A stretch of 29,038 nt of DNA. Source: Deferrisomatales bacterium (lineage in GTDB: Bacteria > Desulfobacterota > Deferrisomatia > Deferrisomatales > JACRMM01). How positions within the stretch are numbered: the stretch's first letter is position 1; each line of letters starts with the position of its first letter. This document shows positions 7,569 to 15,904 of the stretch, one piece after another. Location of the stretch: the NCBI GenBank assembly GCA_033551855.1, contig JAWSUI010000046.1, positions 1-29,038 on the forward strand, read 5' to 3'. The notes under the pieces were generated by a model. It worked only from the letters and a program-made list of their open reading frames with translations, had not been told where the DNA came from and searched no databases. A program made the translations under genes and the position numbers.

Positions 7569-9316
7569 GTGATCCGTCCTCCGTTCGATTCCAGACCCAA
7601 GCCGGGCTCCGCATGCCATGGCAGTACCACGACCCGCGGATGGCTCTCGGTGACTTCCCTCAGGTACCGGGCTTCGGCCCGGCGGCGGGCCCGCAGCAGA
7701 GGGTCGGTCAGGGTCAGGGGAGTTAGGCTCTGATTCAGAACCCAGGCGTAGGGCTCGATGCCCGCCCGCCGCAGGTCCGCCTCCAGGGCGGCGGCCTCGT
7801 GCACCGGCGTTGCCTCGGGGAGCGCCACCAGGAGGACGCGGGTGAGCTTCGGATCCCGAAGGCGCGGCAGCAGATGGCGTACCGCCTCGGGCAGCGCCCC
7901 CGTGGACCGGGAGACCTCCCGGTGGTAGGCCTCGGCCGCATCGAGCAGGAGCAGGGTGTGACCGGTGGGGGCCGTGTCGATCACCACGAACGACTCTTCC
8001 GCGCGGGCCACCTCCCGGGCGAACGCCCGGAAAACGGCGATCTCCTCGGTGCAGGGGGAGCGCAGGTCCTCCTCCAGCAGGGCCCGGCCGGCGTCGTCCA
8101 GGTCCTTGCCCGCGGTCGCCATGACCTCCGCTGCGTAATCCCGGGTCTCGACCTTTGGGTCGATGCGGCTGACCGTGAGGTTGGGCGGAGTGTCCCCGGC
8201 GGCCGCCGCCACGTGGGCCGCCGGATCGGTGGTGGTGAGGTGTACGGCCCCCCCGCCGCGGGCAAGTGCCCGGGCCAGGGCGGCCGCTACCGTGGTCTTG
8301 CCCACCCCCCCCTTGCCCATGGTCATCACGACCCCCTTGCCGGCCTGCAGGAGGGGCGCGAGGAGGTCCTCGAAGCCAAGCCAGTCCCCCTGCACGGCGT
8401 CCTCGGCGGCGCCCGTCGCGATACCGTCGCCGTTGGGGCTCCAGAAGCGGCGCAGTGCGGGGAGGCCCAGCATCTCGAAAGGCTTCAAGGGAATCTCGCT
8501 CCGCGGCAGCCTTGCGAGCCCTGGCGGCAGATTCGCCAAAGCGGTCTCGACCCGCGCCTGCCACGCCGCCGCCACGGAATCCGCGGGGTCCTGGGCGACG
8601 AAGACGCCGTTGAGCACCAGGCTCTGGTTGGCCAGGCCGAGCGCGGCGAGCTCCCGGCCCGAGCGCTCGGCCTCGGCGAGGGACTCGGGATCCGGCCGGG
8701 CCACCAGGACCACAGCCGTCTGCGCCCCGTCCGAGAGCCGGGCCAGAGTGGCACGGAAGAGCACCTCCTGTTCCCGGAGCCCCGAGAGCGGGCCGAGGCA
8801 CGACGTGCCGCCGGCGTTGGCGTCGATGAACTGGGTCCAGGCGGCCGGCAGCTCCAGCAGGCGCAGGGTGTGGCCGGTGGGCGCCGTGTCGAACACCACG
8901 TGGCCGTAGCCGGCAGTGGCCGAGGGCTCGCCCAGGAGGCGCGCGAACTCGCCGAAGGCGGCGATCTCCACGGTGCACGCCCCGGAGAGCTGCTCTTCGA
9001 TGCTCTGGACCGCGGCGTCGGGGAGCACCCCCCGGTAGGGACCGACCACCTTCTCCCGGTAGGCGCGCGCCGCGGCCTCGGGATCGACGTTGAGCGCCTC
9101 GAGGCCCGAGGCGCCGGGAATCATGCAAGGCGCGGAACCCAGTGGCGTGCCCAGCACCTCGTCGAGGTTCGAGGCGGGATCGGTGCTGACCAGGAGCACC
9201 CGCTCGCCGCGCTCGGCCAGGGCGAGCGCCGTGGCGCAGGCGGTGGTGGTCTTGCCCACGCCGCCCTTGCCCGTGAAGAAGAGGTGGCGCGGCGCCTGCT
9301 TCAGAAACGAGTCCAT
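7565..9316 (-). CDS. arsA: Arsenical pump-driving ATPase
   Basis: Two GKGGVGKTT P-loops, two DTAPTGHT signatures, metalloid-binding cysteines (SGACT, SCLGP, SPCTEE). Confidence 0.97.
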   Translation of the reverse strand: MDSFLKQAPRHLFFTGKGGVGKTTTACATALALAERGERVLLVSTDPASNLDEVLGTPLGSAPCMIPGASGLEALNVDPEAAARAYREKVVGPYRGVLPDAAVQSIEEQLSGACTVEIAAFGEFARLLGEPSATAGYGHVVFDTAPTGHTLRLLELPAAWTQFIDANAGGTSCLGPLSGLREQEVLFRATLARLSDGAQTAVVLVARPDPESLAEAERSGRELAALGLANQSLVLNGVFVAQDPADSVAAAWQARVETALANLPPGLARLPRSEIPLKPFEMLGLPALRRFWSPNGDGIATGAAEDAVQGDWLGFEDLLAPLLQAGKGVVMTMGKGGVGKTTVAAALARALARGGGAVHLTTTDPAAHVAAAAGDTPPNLTVSRIDPKVETRDYAAEVMATAGKDLDDAGRALLEEDLRSPCTEEIAVFRAFAREVARAEESFVVIDTAPTGHTLLLLDAAEAYHREVSRSTGALPEAVRHLLPRLRDPKLTRVLLVALPEATPVHEAAALEADLRRAGIEPYAWVLNQSLTPLTLTDPLLRARRRAEARYLREVTESHPRVVVLPWHAEPGLGLESNGGRIT

Positions 9317-9320
9317 TTTC

Positions 9321-10022
9321 TCAGGCTCCGCAGCAGCCGGTGGACGGGTCGCACGCCGGCGGGGCGACGGCCAGATCGGGCTTGGCCGAGGCCGGCCCCG
9401 CCGGGGCGCAGCAAGACGGCGCGCCTCCCGCGGCCGGCTCCTCGCCGCAGCAGGCCTTCGGCGCCTCTTCCTCGGCAGCGCCCGCGACCTCCTCCTGCAG
9501 GTATCGCCCCGCGAGCTCCAGCATCGCCTTGGCTGGCGCGTTCTTCACCATCTGTGCCGTTCGCACCGCCCGAGCCATGTCCTCCCGGCTCACGCCCAGC
9601 TTGAGCGCCCGGCCGTAGTGTTGCTTGAAGCACGGCTCGCAGTTGGCGGCGATGGCCGCCCCGATGGCCACGAGCTCCTGCACGGCGCCGGAATAGAGCC
9701 CGGACTCTTCCCCCGAGCTGCCCAGGATCAGGCGGTCCAACTGCTCGCAGGTGGGGTAGGAGCAACGGCTCACGATCTTCCCGTTCACCAGGACCAGGGG
9801 CAGGCACTTCGGGCCTTCTACGGACAAAGCGTGCTTCACGACGTCGTTCCCGGCGAACGCCCCGGGATCCTGGGCGAGGTTGTAGCGCTCGACGCGCACT
9901 CCCTGCTCTTGCAGGCGCTCGAGGTCGGCGGCGAAGCGGGCCAGCACCGGGTCCACGCCGGGGCCGCACACGCCGGTGGAGCAGCACATGGGGGGGTCGA
10001 AGATCTGTAACGTCAGGGACAT
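9321..10022 (-). CDS. arsD: Arsenite metallochaperone ArsD fused to a CMD/AhpD-like CxxC domain and a Cys-Cys-rich tail
   Basis: IFDPPMCCSTGVCGPGVDPVL..RYNLAQDP is ArsD. It is followed by ELVAIGAAIAANCEPCFKQH..ALKLGVSREDM (CMD/AhpD) and a tail with ACC, SCC, AC, GCC. ATG at 10022 with GGAGAGGAG RBS. Confidence 0.9.
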   Translation of the reverse strand: MSLTLQIFDPPMCCSTGVCGPGVDPVLARFAADLERLQEQGVRVERYNLAQDPGAFAGNDVVKHALSVEGPKCLPLVLVNGKIVSRCSYPTCEQLDRLILGSSGEESGLYSGAVQELVAIGAAIAANCEPCFKQHYGRALKLGVSREDMARAVRTAQMVKNAPAKAMLELAGRYLQEEVAGAAEEEAPKACCGEEPAAGGAPSCCAPAGPASAKPDLAVAPPACDPSTGCCGA

Positions 10023-10060
10023 CGAAGATTCTCCTCTCCGTGTTGGGTATCGTCGCTGGT

Positions 10061-11413
10061 TCAGGACAGACAGTGGAAGACTCCCTTGCACCACAGGCAG
10101 TCGCCGCAGGGCTCCGTGTTGAGGAAGCAGTCCTGCTCGAACTCCTCGGCGGTCACGTAATCGCAGCACTTGGCCAGGTTGCAGTCCGAGCAGAAGGGGT
10201 AGTCGTAGCGGGTGACTCCCTCGCGGAAGGCGCGGTAGGCGGGGTCGTTCCAGATGTCGAGGATGCCGCGCTGCGCCACCTTCCCGAACACCCGGGGGCG
10301 CACGAACTTCTCGCGGCCGTTGATCAGGCACCGGTAGCCGTGCCAGAGAAAATAGCAGGGGTGGACGTTCCCGTCCCAGGAGACGAAGGCGCCGCCCTCC
10401 TCGACGAAGGCGCAGCGCCGGTCGCCGTGGGGGACGACCTCGGGCAGCCGGAGCTCGATCCCCTCCTCCCGGGCCGCTGCCTCGGCCGCGAGGAAGACCT
10501 CTCGGACACGGGAGATCCACGCCTCGTCCCTCTCGAGGATCTTCTGGACGTTGACGAAGACGTCGCGGGCGTGGGCCTCGGCCTTCATCGACTCGACGAA
10601 GGCGACGATCCGCTCCTCCTCCGCGGTCTTCGTGTACTTCCACAGAACCTCGAAGTAGCGCCCCAGGTCCACCCCCTCGGCCCGGGCCCGCTTCCTCCAG
10701 GGCTCGAAGAACCCGACGGCCACGTCGGTGTTGGGGTCGTAGGCGGCCTGGGAAACGAGGCGCTCGTCGTAGGGCATCACCTGGGTGACCAAGGCGAAGG
10801 TGGCACCCCGCCGGGCCGCCCAGCGTACGACCTCGGGAAGCTCGCCCACGTTGTCGCGCATGGCGACGAACTCGATGCCCTTGGCGATCCGGCGGCCGGT
10901 GGCGGCCTCGGCTCGGGCCAAAGCGGAGAGGCCCCGGTCTACCGCGCCCACCTCGCCCCCCTCCCGCAGGCGTCGGAAGGTGGCAGGAGAGACCGCGTCC
11001 AGGGAGAGGCAGATGCGGTCCAGGCCGGCCCGGGCCAATGACAGGGCCCGGGCGTCGTCGAGGAGGAGCCCATTGGACTGGAACCCGATCCAAGACGATT
11101 CCGGCATCGCCCGCCGGGCCAGGCGAATGAACCCCTCGAGCCCCGGGTGCAGGAGCGGCTCGCCGATGCCCGAGAGCACCAACGTCTGCAGGTGGGGAAA
11201 CGCAGGACCCAGGGCGTCGAAGGTGGACAGCGAGAGGTCTCCCTCCGCGATCCCGTTGCCCGCCGTCTGCTTCACGCACATGGTGCAGCGCAGGTTGCAC
11301 CGGGTCGTCGTCTCGACGAAGAGCTTCGATGGGTGGGATTGCTGCGCCGGCAACCGACGGGTGTCTGGGCAACGGGGTTCTTCCTGCGTCGCTGCGCTCC
11401 CTTCGAGGTACAT
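10061..11413 (-). CDS. Radical SAM/SPASM protein resembling the deltaproteobacterial putative metalloenzyme maturase family
   Basis: HPSKLFVETTTRCNLRCTMC (CxxxCxxC), GIGEPLLHP, and a Cys-rich SPASM C-terminus (CAFV..PCYF..FCSDC..CCD..DC..PCGDCLWCKGVFHCLS). Start at 11413 has better RBS spacing than 11422. Confidence 0.88.
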   Translation of the reverse strand: MYLEGSAATQEEPRCPDTRRLPAQQSHPSKLFVETTTRCNLRCTMCVKQTAGNGIAEGDLSLSTFDALGPAFPHLQTLVLSGIGEPLLHPGLEGFIRLARRAMPESSWIGFQSNGLLLDDARALSLARAGLDRICLSLDAVSPATFRRLREGGEVGAVDRGLSALARAEAATGRRIAKGIEFVAMRDNVGELPEVVRWAARRGATFALVTQVMPYDERLVSQAAYDPNTDVAVGFFEPWRKRARAEGVDLGRYFEVLWKYTKTAEEERIVAFVESMKAEAHARDVFVNVQKILERDEAWISRVREVFLAAEAAAREEGIELRLPEVVPHGDRRCAFVEEGGAFVSWDGNVHPCYFLWHGYRCLINGREKFVRPRVFGKVAQRGILDIWNDPAYRAFREGVTRYDYPFCSDCNLAKCCDYVTAEEFEQDCFLNTEPCGDCLWCKGVFHCLS

Positions 11414-11441
11414 GCGAGGCATTCTCCGAAAGGCGGCGGCC

Positions 11442-12305
11442 TCAGCCGTGGACCAGGAGCACCGGCGCCCTGGCGCGGCGAACCAGGCTGTAGGCCGTGC
11501 TCCCCAGGAGCATCCCGGGCAGCTGCCCCCAGCCTCGGGTCGCCATGAGAACGAGGCCCACGCCCTCCCGTGCGGCGTGCTCGAGGAGGACCTTGCGCGG
11601 GTCGCCCTGGGTGATCACCGATTCCACTCGGTCGCATCCGGAACCCCTGAGCACCTCGGTCATGTCCGCGAGCCGCCGGGCGTCGTCCTCCGTGTAGCTT
11701 GCCGCGATCTCCGGGGACAGATGCTCCCACGCCACTCGCTGATTCACGTGGACGAGGGAGATCTGTCCAATCCGGCCGGCCAGCCCCTGGAGCGCCTCGA
11801 GGGCTTTCCGAGAGGCCTCGGAGAAATCGGTGGGGAAGAGCACGTGGTCGAGGGCCCTGGAGAAGCGGAGCGGGCAGTACCGGCCTCCGTCCTGCCCCAT
11901 CAGGCTCATCCGCAGCACCAGCACCGGGCAGGGGGAGTACTCCACGATCCGCGCGGCGGTGCCCCCCAGGAGCGAGCTCAGCACGGCGCCCCGGCCGTGG
12001 GAGGCGGTGACGACGAGATCCGCCCCGGCTTGCCGAGCGGCCTCCACCACCTCGTACCAGGCGACCCCCTTGGCAAGCCGAATCTCCACTTCGTAGCCCT
12101 GCCCGCGAAGGGTTTCTGCTTGCATTTCGAGGTCGGGGAGGTGGTCCGCCGCGAGGGCGTCGTCGAGGCCCACCGAGTACCGCGTCTCGGCCACGTGGGC
12201 CAGCGTGACCCGCTGGGTGCCGAGACCCTGGAGTTGAGCGGTACACTCCAAGAGGGGGCCGGAGCCGGCGGAGAGGTCGGTGGCGATCAAGGCGTGGGGG
12301 AACAT
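11442..12305 (-). CDS. Tandem universal stress protein (two USP domains)
   Basis: ALIATDLS..LVVTASHGRG..LLGGTA, then VLFPTDFSEAS..LMATRGWG..LLGSTAYSLVRRARAPVLLV. Confidence 0.9.
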   Translation of the reverse strand: MFPHALIATDLSAGSGPLLECTAQLQGLGTQRVTLAHVAETRYSVGLDDALAADHLPDLEMQAETLRGQGYEVEIRLAKGVAWYEVVEAARQAGADLVVTASHGRGAVLSSLLGGTAARIVEYSPCPVLVLRMSLMGQDGGRYCPLRFSRALDHVLFPTDFSEASRKALEALQGLAGRIGQISLVHVNQRVAWEHLSPEIAASYTEDDARRLADMTEVLRGSGCDRVESVITQGDPRKVLLEHAAREGVGLVLMATRGWGQLPGMLLGSTAYSLVRRARAPVLLVHG

Positions 12306-12358
12306 GGGGTGCTCCTCGCATCGGGTGCTGTGGGGAACGGCATTCGCCGCCGAGCAGG

Positions 12359-12384
12359 GTAGGTCGGGGCAAGCCCCGACCTAC
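12359..12384. repeat. Perfect 12-bp inverted repeat, GTAG-type REP-like palindrome
   Basis: GTAGGTCGGGGC-AA-GCCCCGACCTAC in the acr3-usp intergenic region. Confidence 0.65.
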
Positions 12385-12414
12385 GCAAGGTCCATCCGCA
12401 GGCGAGACCTCATG

Positions 12415-13482
12415 CTATGCCCGCACGGGCAGGCCTTCCGGTCCGAAGTGCTTGAGCTTCAGCCTCAAGGCCACGTTCACCAGGCTGATGAGCACCGGCA
12501 CCTCCACCAGGGGGCCGATGACCGCCGCGAAGGCCTCTCCCGAGTGGAGCCCGAAGACGGCCACGGCGACGGCGATGGCCAGCTCGAAATTGTTGGAGGC
12601 GGCCGTGAAGGAGAGCGTGACCGTGTGACCGTAGGGGGCGCCGACCTTCCGGCTCATCCAGAAGGACACGAAGAACATGGCGAAGAAGTAGATCGTCAGC
12701 GGGATCGCGATCCGGACCACGTCGAAGGGGAGCTGGATGATCATCTCGCCCTTCAGGCTGAACATCACGACGATGGTGAAGAGCAGCGCGATGAGCGTGA
12801 TGGGGCTGATGCGGGGGATGAACTCCTTCTCGTACCACTCCCGGCCCTTGGTCTTGAGACCGATGACCCGGGAGAGGATGCCGGCGATGAAGGGGATGCC
12901 GAGGTAGATGAAGACGCTCTCGGCGATCTCGGCCATGGTGATGTCCACCACGATCGCGTCCCCCAGGCCCAGGACCGACGGGAGCCACGTGATGAAGAAC
13001 CAGGCGTACACGGAGAAGAAGAGCACCTGGAAGACCGAGTTGAACGCCACCAGGCCCGCGCAGTATTCCGTGTTGCCCTTGGCCAGGTCGTTCCAGACGA
13101 TCACCATGGCGATGCAGCGGGCGAGCCCGATGAGGATGAGGCCGACCATGTACTCCGGGTAGCCCCGAAGGAAGATGATCGCGAGCAGGAACATGAGGAC
13201 CGGCCCCACGACCCAGTTCTGGAGGAGTGAGAGCGCGAGCACCTTCTTGTTCTGAAAGACCCGGGGGAGCTCCTCGTACTTCACCTTGGCCAGGGGCGGG
13301 TACATCATGAGGATGAGGCCGATGGCGATGGGGATGTTGGTGGTCCCCACCGTGAAGAACTCGATGACCTCGGTCACGCCCGGGAAGAGCCAGCCGCCCC
13401 CTACCCCCACGAACATGGCCAGGAAGATCCACAGGGTCAGGTACCGGTCGAGGAACGAGAGGTTCTTGGCGACTCCGGACAT
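12415..13482 (-). CDS. acr3: ACR3-family arsenite efflux transporter
   Basis: [34 protein letters not shown] (catalytic Cys), [21 protein letters not shown] at 13482 with GGAGGAG RBS. Confidence 0.96.
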   Translation of the reverse strand: MSGVAKNLSFLDRYLTLWIFLAMFVGVGGGWLFPGVTEVIEFFTVGTTNIPIAIGLILMMYPPLAKVKYEELPRVFQNKKVLALSLLQNWVVGPVLMFLLAIIFLRGYPEYMVGLILIGLARCIAMVIVWNDLAKGNTEYCAGLVAFNSVFQVLFFSVYAWFFITWLPSVLGLGDAIVVDITMAEIAESVFIYLGIPFIAGILSRVIGLKTKGREWYEKEFIPRISPITLIALLFTIVVMFSLKGEMIIQLPFDVVRIAIPLTIYFFAMFFVSFWMSRKVGAPYGHTVTLSFTAASNNFELAIAVAVAVFGLHSGEAFAAVIGPLVEVPVLISLVNVALRLKLKHFGPEGLPVRA

Positions 13483-13484
13483 GC

Positions 13485-13901
13485 TCACTCCTCCTTCAAG
13501 AAAGACGCGACCCGGTTGCCGATCTCGTCTCGCACCCGGCGAAACACTGCCAGGACCTCGTCCTGGGTTCCTCGGGCCTCCGCCGGGTCGTCGAAGGGCC
13601 AGTGCTGTCTCGCCTTCACCTTCCCGAGGAAGACGGGGCAGGACTCCCGCGCCCCGCCGCACACGGTGACGAGGAGATCCAGGTCGTCCCCCAGCACTTC
13701 GTCCACGGACTTCGAGCGTTGGTCCGAGATGTCCACCCCGGCCTCGGCCATGACCCGGACGGCCAGGGGGTTGACCCCCTGGGGCCGGGTCCCGGCGGAC
13801 AGGGCGTCGTACCGGTAACCCCCCAGGTGCCGGAGCCAGCCCTCGGCCATCTGGCTGCGGCAGGAATTGCCGGTGCAGAGGAATAACACTCGCTTCTTCA
13901 T
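13485..13901 (-). CDS. arsC: Arsenate reductase, thioredoxin-coupled LMW-PTP type
   Basis: [18 protein letters not shown]-loop, resolving cysteines [18 protein letters not shown]. Confidence 0.93.
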   Translation of the reverse strand: MKKRVLFLCTGNSCRSQMAEGWLRHLGGYRYDALSAGTRPQGVNPLAVRVMAEAGVDISDQRSKSVDEVLGDDLDLLVTVCGGARESCPVFLGKVKARQHWPFDDPAEARGTQDEVLAVFRRVRDEIGNRVASFLKEE

Positions 13902-13923
13902 GGTCTTCTTCTTCCCGGATGCC

Positions 13924-14274
13924 TCAGGCGACCGAACGGCCGCAGAGCTCTTCCCGACACACGCCGCGGGCCCTCGCTCGCAGCTCCCCTGCCTCAGCGA
14001 AAGACTCGGCCGCCGAACGAAGGTGGGCCAGGAGCCCCTGGACCAGCGGAGGCGGGAGCGGGTTCTGTCGGTAGTTCTTCCAGGGCCCAACCCGCTCCGA
14101 CACCACGAACCCCGAGTCCTCGAGCACCTGGAGGTGCCGGGACACCGTGGACTGGGCCAGGCCCAGGATTGCCTGGATTTCGCACACGCAGAGCTCCCGT
14201 TCCTCGAGCATCCACAGGATGCGCAGGCGAGACTCGTCAGAGAGGGCTTTGAAGCGGGCGAGCACCGAGTCCAT
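13924..14274 (-). CDS. arsR: ArsR/SmtB-family As(III)-responsive repressor
   Basis: FKALSDESRLRIL..ELCVCEI..QSTVSRHL, plus C-terminal CREELC. Heads the ars operon. Confidence 0.92.
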   Translation of the reverse strand: MDSVLARFKALSDESRLRILWMLEERELCVCEIQAILGLAQSTVSRHLQVLEDSGFVVSERVGPWKNYRQNPLPPPLVQGLLAHLRSAAESFAEAGELRARARGVCREELCGRSVA

Positions 14275-14285
14275 GTTCCCCTCAT

Positions 14286-14334
14286 ATCGTTCCGAGGCGA
14301 TCCAGACCCTACCCGGATGACCCCCGCCTGTCAA
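14286..14334 (-). promoter_or_regulatory. ars operon sigma70 promoter and candidate ArsR operator
   Basis: Minus strand TTGACA (14334-14329), 17-nt spacer, TAGGGT (14311-14306). ATCG-N8-CGAT inverted repeat at 14286-14301 lies at or after the start site. Confidence 0.6.
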
Positions 14335-14423
14335 GCCAGTTTCCTAGGCTGATCGGCGCATGCGTCCAACCCTGCGCTCCGAGCCATCCTCGAGTGCCAT
14401 GCATTTCGGAAAAATTATCCCCC

Positions 14424-14452
14424 TTGACGCCGGTCACTCATGCCACTACCAT
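14424..14452 (+). promoter_or_regulatory. Sigma70-like promoter of the second ArsR operon
   Basis: TTGACG (14424-14429), 17-nt spacer, TACCAT (14447-14452). Confidence 0.6.
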
Positions 14453-14480
14453 TCTGTTATGTTTCTTGCGGAGGAGGACG

Positions 14481-14789
14481 ATGAGTCGAACACACTCGCG
14501 CCGAGCCGAGATCCTCAAGGCCCTGGGTCACCCTTCCCGCATCGCGATCCTGGAGATCCTGCGACGGGGAGAGGAGTGCGTGTGCCGGATCTGCCCCCAG
14601 CTGGACGGCACCCAGCCCAACACCTCGAAACACTTGGCGGTTCTCAAGAAGGCCGGGATCCTCGGCTCCCGCCAGGAGGGCACCATGACCTTCTACTGGG
14701 TGGTGGACACCCGCGTGTACGAGATCCTCGAGCTCGCCGACGAGATGATCCGCCGCGAGGGCCGGGGGAGGCTGCGGGAGGTGGGTTGA
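14481..14789 (+). CDS. Second ArsR/SmtB-family regulator
   Basis: AEILKALGHPSRIAILEIL..EECVCRIC..NTSKHLAVLKKAGIL. ATG at 14481 with GAGGAGG RBS. Confidence 0.9.
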   Translation: MSRTHSRRAEILKALGHPSRIAILEILRRGEECVCRICPQLDGTQPNTSKHLAVLKKAGILGSRQEGTMTFYWVVDTRVYEILELADEMIRREGRGRLREVG

Positions 14790-14805
14790 GCGCCTTTCGT
14801 TTGCT

Positions 14806-14824
14806 CAAGAATATAACTTTCTTG
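14806..14824. promoter_or_regulatory. AT-rich inverted repeat, candidate operator
   Basis: CAAGAA-TATAACT-TTCTTG between arsR2 and the first thioredoxin-like gene. Confidence 0.4.
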
Positions 14825-14840
14825 TTTTGAAGCGGGGCGC

Positions 14841-15236
14841 ATGACAATGGCCGAGCGGATTTCACGATGGACGAGGTGTGGTCTGGCCGTAGCGGCGGCG
14901 CTCGCCCTCTCCTCGACAGCCCTCGCGGGGGCGGCGCCCACCCTCGTGTTCCTCACCAAGAGCGATGAGTGCGAGTGTGTGCTGAACGTCAGCGTGGCGG
15001 GTGAGCAGGAGGTGGTGAACTTCATCGCGGACAACCCTTACGGCTTCCAATACGAGAGAATCGACCTGGCGGAGGACCCGGCTGCCGGGCGGGCATACCG
15101 CGTGTTCGCGGTCCCCGTCGTCGTGCTCCAGGACGAGGAAGGCCGGACCGTGGCCCGTTTCGATTCCTTCTTCACCGAGGCGGATTTCTACAAGGCTTGG
15201 GGGGCGTACGAGAAGAAGCGGGGAGGGCAACAGTGA
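14841..15236 (+). CDS. Exported thioredoxin-fold protein with CxC motif
   Basis: Signal peptide (..ALSSTALAGAA), LVFLTKSDECEC, ERIDLAED..YRVFAVPVVVLQDEEG (cis-Pro loop). Start at 14841 or 14847. Confidence 0.7.
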   Translation: MTMAERISRWTRCGLAVAAALALSSTALAGAAPTLVFLTKSDECECVLNVSVAGEQEVVNFIADNPYGFQYERIDLAEDPAAGRAYRVFAVPVVVLQDEEGRTVARFDSFFTEADFYKAWGAYEKKRGGQQ

Positions 15237-15691
15237 AGAAGCTCCTTGTCCCGGCAGCGTTTGTCATCCTACTGGGGGCAGTGGGTTTCGGCGTGACCCA
15301 GTACGGCGCCCGCTGGGCCCAGGGACGGGGCCTCCCGGCCTCCGACGCCGCCCTGCCCGCCCCTGCCGCGGCGCCTCTGGCCCCGGGAGAGAGGGTCGCC
15401 TTCCTGGATCTCGGCAGCGCGGGGTGCGTGCCGTGCGAGGCGATGAAGCCGGTCCTGGAGGCTGTGACCCGGGAGTACGGGGATCTCGTGGAGGTCGTCT
15501 ATCACGACGTCCGAAAGGATCCCGCCCCCGCCCGAGAGCACCGGATCCGCCTGATTCCCACCCAGGTGTTCCTGCTCCCGGACGGGGCCGAGTTCTTCCG
15601 CCACGAGGGGTACCTCCCCCTGGAGCGGGTCGAAGAAGTCCTTTACCGCATGGGGGTCCGCCGCCCGGGCAGCCAGGAGGGGCCGTCGTGA
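15233..15691 (+). CDS. Membrane-anchored/exported thioredoxin-family protein
   Basis: GTG at 15233 (GTGA overlap), N-terminal hydrophobic helix, FLDLGSAGCVPCEAM, IRLIPTQVF..RHEGY. Confidence 0.88.
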   Translation: MKKLLVPAAFVILLGAVGFGVTQYGARWAQGRGLPASDAALPAPAAAPLAPGERVAFLDLGSAGCVPCEAMKPVLEAVTREYGDLVEVVYHDVRKDPAPAREHRIRLIPTQVFLLPDGAEFFRHEGYLPLERVEEVLYRMGVRRPGSQEGPS

Positions 15692-15852
15692 GCCACGTCG
15701 TCACCCTGACCGACGAAGACGTCGCCCGGCTCCGGGTCATCTTGATGGACCGGGACGGGGGCGCCGCCCTCGAGTTTCTGAAGGAGCGGGTCGCCAAGCC
15801 CCTGGACCTCGCCGGCCGGAAGGCTCTCGACGTGAGCCGGGGCCGGCCGTGA
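15688..15852 (+). CDS. Small hypothetical protein (54 aa), paralog of the 19189..19380 candidate selenoprotein
   Basis: GTG overlaps the upstream stop and has a GGAGG RBS. Sequence MSHVVTLTDEDVARLRVILMDRDGGAALEFLKERVAKPLDLAGRKALDVSRGRP. Confidence 0.7.
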   Translation: MSHVVTLTDEDVARLRVILMDRDGGAALEFLKERVAKPLDLAGRKALDVSRGRP

Positions 15853-15904
15853 CCGTGACGCGCCGCCGGCGCGCGCTTCTCCGACGGCAGAACAGGACGA
15901 AGCC

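Noticed and set aside
9321..11372. 683-aa ORF suggesting a long N-terminal extension on ArsD
   Set aside because: The upstream part overlaps the radical SAM gene out of frame, and ArsD has its own RBS and ATG at 10022.
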